A model generated the notes under the pieces. That model saw only the letters and a program-made list of their open reading frames with translations. It made no database searches and was not told the DNA's origin. A program made the position numbers and the translations under genes. From an uncultured Gemmatimonadota bacterium (GTDB lineage: Bacteria; SM23-81): a DNA stretch of 11,673 bases. Within the stretch, counting starts at the first letter, position 1. Every line of letters begins with the position of its first letter. Location: contig CAZOYL010000082.1 in assembly GCA_964584035.1 (NCBI GenBank), forward strand, positions 1 to 11,673, written 5' to 3'. Below, in pieces: positions 8,244 through 11,673 of this stretch.

Positions 8244-8250
8244 AGCACGG

Positions 8251-10944
8251 ATGCGTCGATCTTTTTGGTTCGGTTTGGTCTGTTACCTGATTCTGATGAT
8301 CTTTGCCTCCCCGGCCCTGCCGCGGGATCACCGGCCTTACATCCTGGCCCGGATCTCTCTACAGTCCCCGGATGCGCTCACCCGTCTGCAGGGATGGCAT
8401 CTGGACGTCGTCCGGGTGGAAAAAGGACAATGGCTGGAACTGGTCACTCACGCCGACGAGGTGTCCGAGCTCAGAGAAGCGGAATTCATCGTGGAGGTGC
8501 TCATCGAGGACATAGAGGAGCATTACGCCCGTCAGAGAAAGGGCGAAAACTTCGGCGATCTGTACACCTACTCCGAGATGATCGATGAGCTGGACGCCAT
8601 CCACACCGCCTATCCGGACATCACCACGGCCCGGGATTCCATCGGGAGCACCCACGAGGGCCGGGCCCTGTGGGCCATCAAGGTCTCCGACAATCCCGAT
8701 GTGCAGGAGGATGAGCCGGAAGTGCTGTTCGACGCCCTGCATCATGCCCGGGAGCCCATCACCGTCTCGGTCGTACTGAACACCTTGAATTATCTGTGCG
8801 CCAACTACGGCTCCGACCCCGAGGTCACCTTTCTGGTGGACAACCGCCAGATCTGGTTCGTGCCCATCGTCAATCCCGACGGCTATATTTATAACGAGAA
8901 TAACTATCCCAACGGCGGCGGCATGTGGCGCAAGAACCGCCGGGTCATCAGCGGCGATACCCTGGGGGTGGACAACAATCGAAATTATACCTATCAGTGG
9001 GGCGGGTCCGGTTCCAGCAGCGATCCCGATGCCGAGGATTACCGCGGCCCCTCGGCCGGCTCCGAGCCGGAGAACCAGGGCATGATGAACTTTATCGAGA
9101 ATCACGAGTTCGTCGCTCAGAACTCCTATCACAGCGTGGTCGGATGCATTCTGATCCCCTGGGGATATACCAGCTCCTCCTGTCCGGACGACTCCCTCTA
9201 CCGGTTGCTGGGCGCCGAGATGGCCCGGGACAGCGGCTACGAGGTGGGCACGGCCTGGGACATTCTGGTCTACCTGGCCAGCGGCGGAGCCTTCGACTGG
9301 TCCTATGGCGACACCCTGGCCAAACCCAGGATCTTTGCCTTCAGCACCGAGGTGGGAGGAAGCACCTGGTGGCCCATGGACAGCGAGATCCCCGGCCTGG
9401 TGGCCGAAAACCTCCACTCGGATCTGTACCTCATCCGGATCGCCGGGGCCTATCTCGGCTATGCCGGCCATACCATCACCGAGCTGAAGGGACCCGGCCA
9501 GGTGGATCCCGGCGAATCGATCGAGATGACCGTGACCCTGGACAACGACAGCCCGGTGGCCGACGCTCAGGGGGTCGATGTCGTTCTGAGCACCGACGAT
9601 GCCTATGTCCAGCTGATCGACGCGAAGTCTTTTTACGGCGACATCCCGGCCGGGACGTCCACAGACAACGCCTCGGACCCGTTCGCCTTCTCGGTGGAGG
9701 CCGGATGTCCCCAGGGGCACACCATCAACTTCGATCTGGAAATGACCTATAACGGCGGCACCCTGGTGCTCAGCGAGCAGTTCCAGGTGACGGTGGGTCA
9801 GCTCCCCATTCTGTTTGCTGACGATTTCGAGACCGACCAGGGCTGGACGGTGGAGAACGATCCCTATCTGACCGATGGCCCCTGGGATCGCGGCATCCCC
9901 GCCGGCGGAGGAGAGCGGGGCGATCCGCCGACCGATTACGATGGCTCCGGGCAGTGCTATCTGACCGACAACGTCTATGGCAATTCCGACGTGGACGGGG
10001 GCATCAGCTGGCTGATCTCCCCGACCATCGACCTGGACGGGGAGAGCGGTGTGACCGTTCAGTACGCCCTCTGGTACACCAATAACTTCGGGGCCGATCC
10101 GCACAATGATCTCTTCCTGGTCCATGTCTCCAACGATGATGGGTCCAGCTGGGCGCCGGTCGATACCGTGGGCCCGATGACCTCCTCGGGCTGGACGGAG
10201 TACGAGTTCATCGTGAACGATTTCGTCGTTCCCACCGGCCAGGTCAAGGTGCGCTTCGAGGCCTCGGATCTGATCAGCGGCTCGGTGGTGGAGGCGGCCA
10301 TCGATGCGGTGACCATTTACGGCGGAACGGGCAACACCCTGCCGCCGGCCCCGGCGCTCAGCCAGCCGGACGCCGGAGACACGGTGGGTGTCTCGATGCC
10401 CGTCCTGACGGTGAACAACGTCACCGATCCGGACGGCGATCCGGTCACCTACGGGTTCCGGATCTATGGCGACGCCCTGCTCACCGACCTGGTGGCCTCG
10501 GCCGACGGCATCGCCGAGGGATCCGGCACCACCGCCTGGACGGTCAGCCCGCCGCTGCCATCCGAGGGCACTTACTGGTGGCGAGCCTTCGCCGCCGATA
10601 CCACTGAGTGGGGACCGTTTTCCGCCCCGAGGTCATTTCTGTATGTCAGCTCCGGACCGCCGGCCCCGGCCGGCCTGCGGGCTCAGACATCCGCCGGCGC
10701 CATCGCCCTGATCTGGTCGCCGGTGGCCGAAGCGGTCGGCTATGTGGTCTACCGCGACAGCACGGCCGGCTTCCTGCCCGGCCCGGAGGACTCCCTGGGG
10801 CACAGCGCCGACACCGCCTACGTGGATGGCGATGAGGTCACCCGCGGTTATTACGTGGTCCGGGCCGTGGATGCGGCCGGCCAGAAGTCCGAGGACTCGG
10901 CCCAGGTGGGGCAATTCGACAAATACCTGATCGACAGCGAATGA
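8251..10944 (+). CDS. M14 family zinc carboxypeptidase (carboxypeptidase T-like) with Ig-like, jelly-roll, Ig/FN3-like and C-terminal 'VGQFD' domains, 897 aa
   Basis: Start revised to ATG 8251 (RBS, signal peptide [24 protein letters not shown], alignment with the gene 5 N-terminus). Motifs [33 protein letters not shown]. Ig-like GQVDPGE module (~9490-9798), FADDFE jelly-roll (~9814-10320), [11 protein letters not shown]g-like domain (~10333-10645). Confidence 0.93.
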   Translation: MRRSFWFGLVCYLILMIFASPALPRDHRPYILARISLQSPDALTRLQGWHLDVVRVEKGQWLELVTHADEVSELREAEFIVEVLIEDIEEHYARQRKGENFGDLYTYSEMIDELDAIHTAYPDITTARDSIGSTHEGRALWAIKVSDNPDVQEDEPEVLFDALHHAREPITVSVVLNTLNYLCANYGSDPEVTFLVDNRQIWFVPIVNPDGYIYNENNYPNGGGMWRKNRRVISGDTLGVDNNRNYTYQWGGSGSSSDPDAEDYRGPSAGSEPENQGMMNFIENHEFVAQNSYHSVVGCILIPWGYTSSSCPDDSLYRLLGAEMARDSGYEVGTAWDILVYLASGGAFDWSYGDTLAKPRIFAFSTEVGGSTWWPMDSEIPGLVAENLHSDLYLIRIAGAYLGYAGHTITELKGPGQVDPGESIEMTVTLDNDSPVADAQGVDVVLSTDDAYVQLIDAKSFYGDIPAGTSTDNASDPFAFSVEAGCPQGHTINFDLEMTYNGGTLVLSEQFQVTVGQLPILFADDFETDQGWTVENDPYLTDGPWDRGIPAGGGERGDPPTDYDGSGQCYLTDNVYGNSDVDGGISWLISPTIDLDGESGVTVQYALWYTNNFGADPHNDLFLVHVSNDDGSSWAPVDTVGPMTSSGWTEYEFIVNDFVVPTGQVKVRFEASDLISGSVVEAAIDAVTIYGGTGNTLPPAPALSQPDAGDTVGVSMPVLTVNNVTDPDGDPVTYGFRIYGDALLTDLVASADGIAEGSGTTAWTVSPPLPSEGTYWWRAFAADTTEWGPFSAPRSFLYVSSGPPAPAGLRAQTSAGAIALIWSPVAEAVGYVVYRDSTAGFLPGPEDSLGHSADTAYVDGDEVTRGYYVVRAVDAAGQKSEDSAQVGQFDKYLIDSE
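10657..10941 (+). repeat. Shared C-terminal FN3-like 'VGEFD' domain, copy 4 (VGQFD variant)
   Basis: [66 protein letters not shown]. Confidence 0.9.
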
Positions 10945-10984
10945 CCAACAGGAAGCGAGCATTACTTATCAGGAGAAACACGGC

Positions 10985-11673
10985 ATGAGTCACGGACGAT
11001 GGTGGTTGATCCTCCTTTTTATGGTGATCGTCCTGCCGGCGATGGACTCGGCGGCCTCACCGCACGACCCCTTCATGCTGGCCCGGATACCGATCGATGG
11101 TCCGGGCGAACTGGAACGCCTGGGCGATCTGGCCCTGGACATCGTCCGGGTGGTGCCGGACCGTTGGGCCGAGATCGTCACCCACGACGATCAGGCGGCC
11201 GAGCTGAGGGGGCTGGGATTTGACGTTCAGATCCTGATCACCGATCTGGAGGCCCATTATGCCCGGGGGCGGAAGGGCGACAACTTCGGTGCTTTTCACA
11301 CCTATTCCGAGACAGTCGCCGAGCTGGACGCCATCCATGCCGCCTATCCCGAGATCACGGCCGAGAAGATCTCTCTGGGAACGACTCACGAGGGGCGCCC
11401 TATCTGGGCCATCAAGGTCTCGGACCATCCCGAGCTTCAGGAGGATGAGCCGGAGGTGCTGTTCGACGGCCTGCATCATGCCCGCGAGGTGATCACTGTG
11501 GAGGTAGTGCTCAATACGCTCAGCCATCTGTGCCGGAACTACGGCACCGATCCGGACATCACCTTTTTGGTGGACCACCGTCAGATCTGGTTCGTGCCCA
11601 TCGTTAATCCCGACGGCTTCGTATATAACGAGACCAACTGGCCCAGCGGCGGGGGCATGTGGCGAAAGAACCG
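10985..11673 (+). CDS. 3'-truncated M14 family zinc carboxypeptidase, close paralogue of gene 4
   Basis: Not in the ORF track because it has no stop in the window. AGGAG at 10971-10975, ATG 10985. Manual translation: MSHGRWWLILLFMVIVLPAMDSAASPHDPFMLARIPI...RKGDNFGAFHTYSE...AIKVSDHP...EPEVLFDGLHHAREVIT...[28 protein letters not shown]. Confidence 0.93.
   Translation, partial: MSHGRWWLILLFMVIVLPAMDSAASPHDPFMLARIPIDGPGELERLGDLALDIVRVVPDRWAEIVTHDDQAAELRGLGFDVQILITDLEAHYARGRKGDNFGAFHTYSETVAELDAIHAAYPEITAEKISLGTTHEGRPIWAIKVSDHPELQEDEPEVLFDGLHHAREVITVEVVLNTLSHLCRNYGTDPDITFLVDHRQIWFVPIVNPDGFVYNETNWPSGGGMWRKN

Noticed and set aside
8251..8268. Possible Tat motif (MRRSFW) in gene 4
   Set aside because: Only a partial match to S/T-R-R-x-F-L-K, and the close paralogue gene 5 has no twin Arg. 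Sec export is more parsimonious; SignalP could settle it.
2967..10125. Long minus-strand ORFs (2967-4139, 4311-4946, 5645-7015, 7247-7996, 8359-10125) and short alternative-frame ORFs
   Set aside because: They overlap well-supported + strand genes and have no recognisable motifs. They are typical shadow ORFs of high-GC coding DNA.

Overview
GC-rich bacterial DNA with five tandem, co-oriented (+ strand) genes for large, modular, probably exported hydrolases. (1) A 5'-truncated GH57/GH119-like alpha-glucan hydrolase with a CBM25/CBM53-like starch-binding module. (2) A gingipain-like C25 cysteine peptidase. (3-5) Three M14 zinc carboxypeptidases of the carboxypeptidase T type; the last is 3'-truncated and absent from the ORF track. 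The main observation is that all four proteins whose C-termini are visible end in the same ~95-108 aa FN3-like domain, although they belong to three unrelated enzyme families. That domain finishes in a fixed-register motif, [VI]RAx[DH]xxGxKSxxSxxVG[EQ]FD[RK]x[LI]xxxx-stop. It sits where a T9SS CTD or FlgD-Ig domain is usually found, and is a candidate undescribed sorting or docking module. Other features: a near-consensus sigma70 promoter before gene 4, a 14-bp AT-rich tandem repeat before gene 2, divergent S1' pockets among the carboxypeptidases, and apparent enrichment of D-[ST]-hydrophobic sequons. The host may be an FCB-group lineage (inference only). No RNA genes, CRISPR arrays or mobile elements were seen. 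All family calls come from motif recognition by eye, not database searches.
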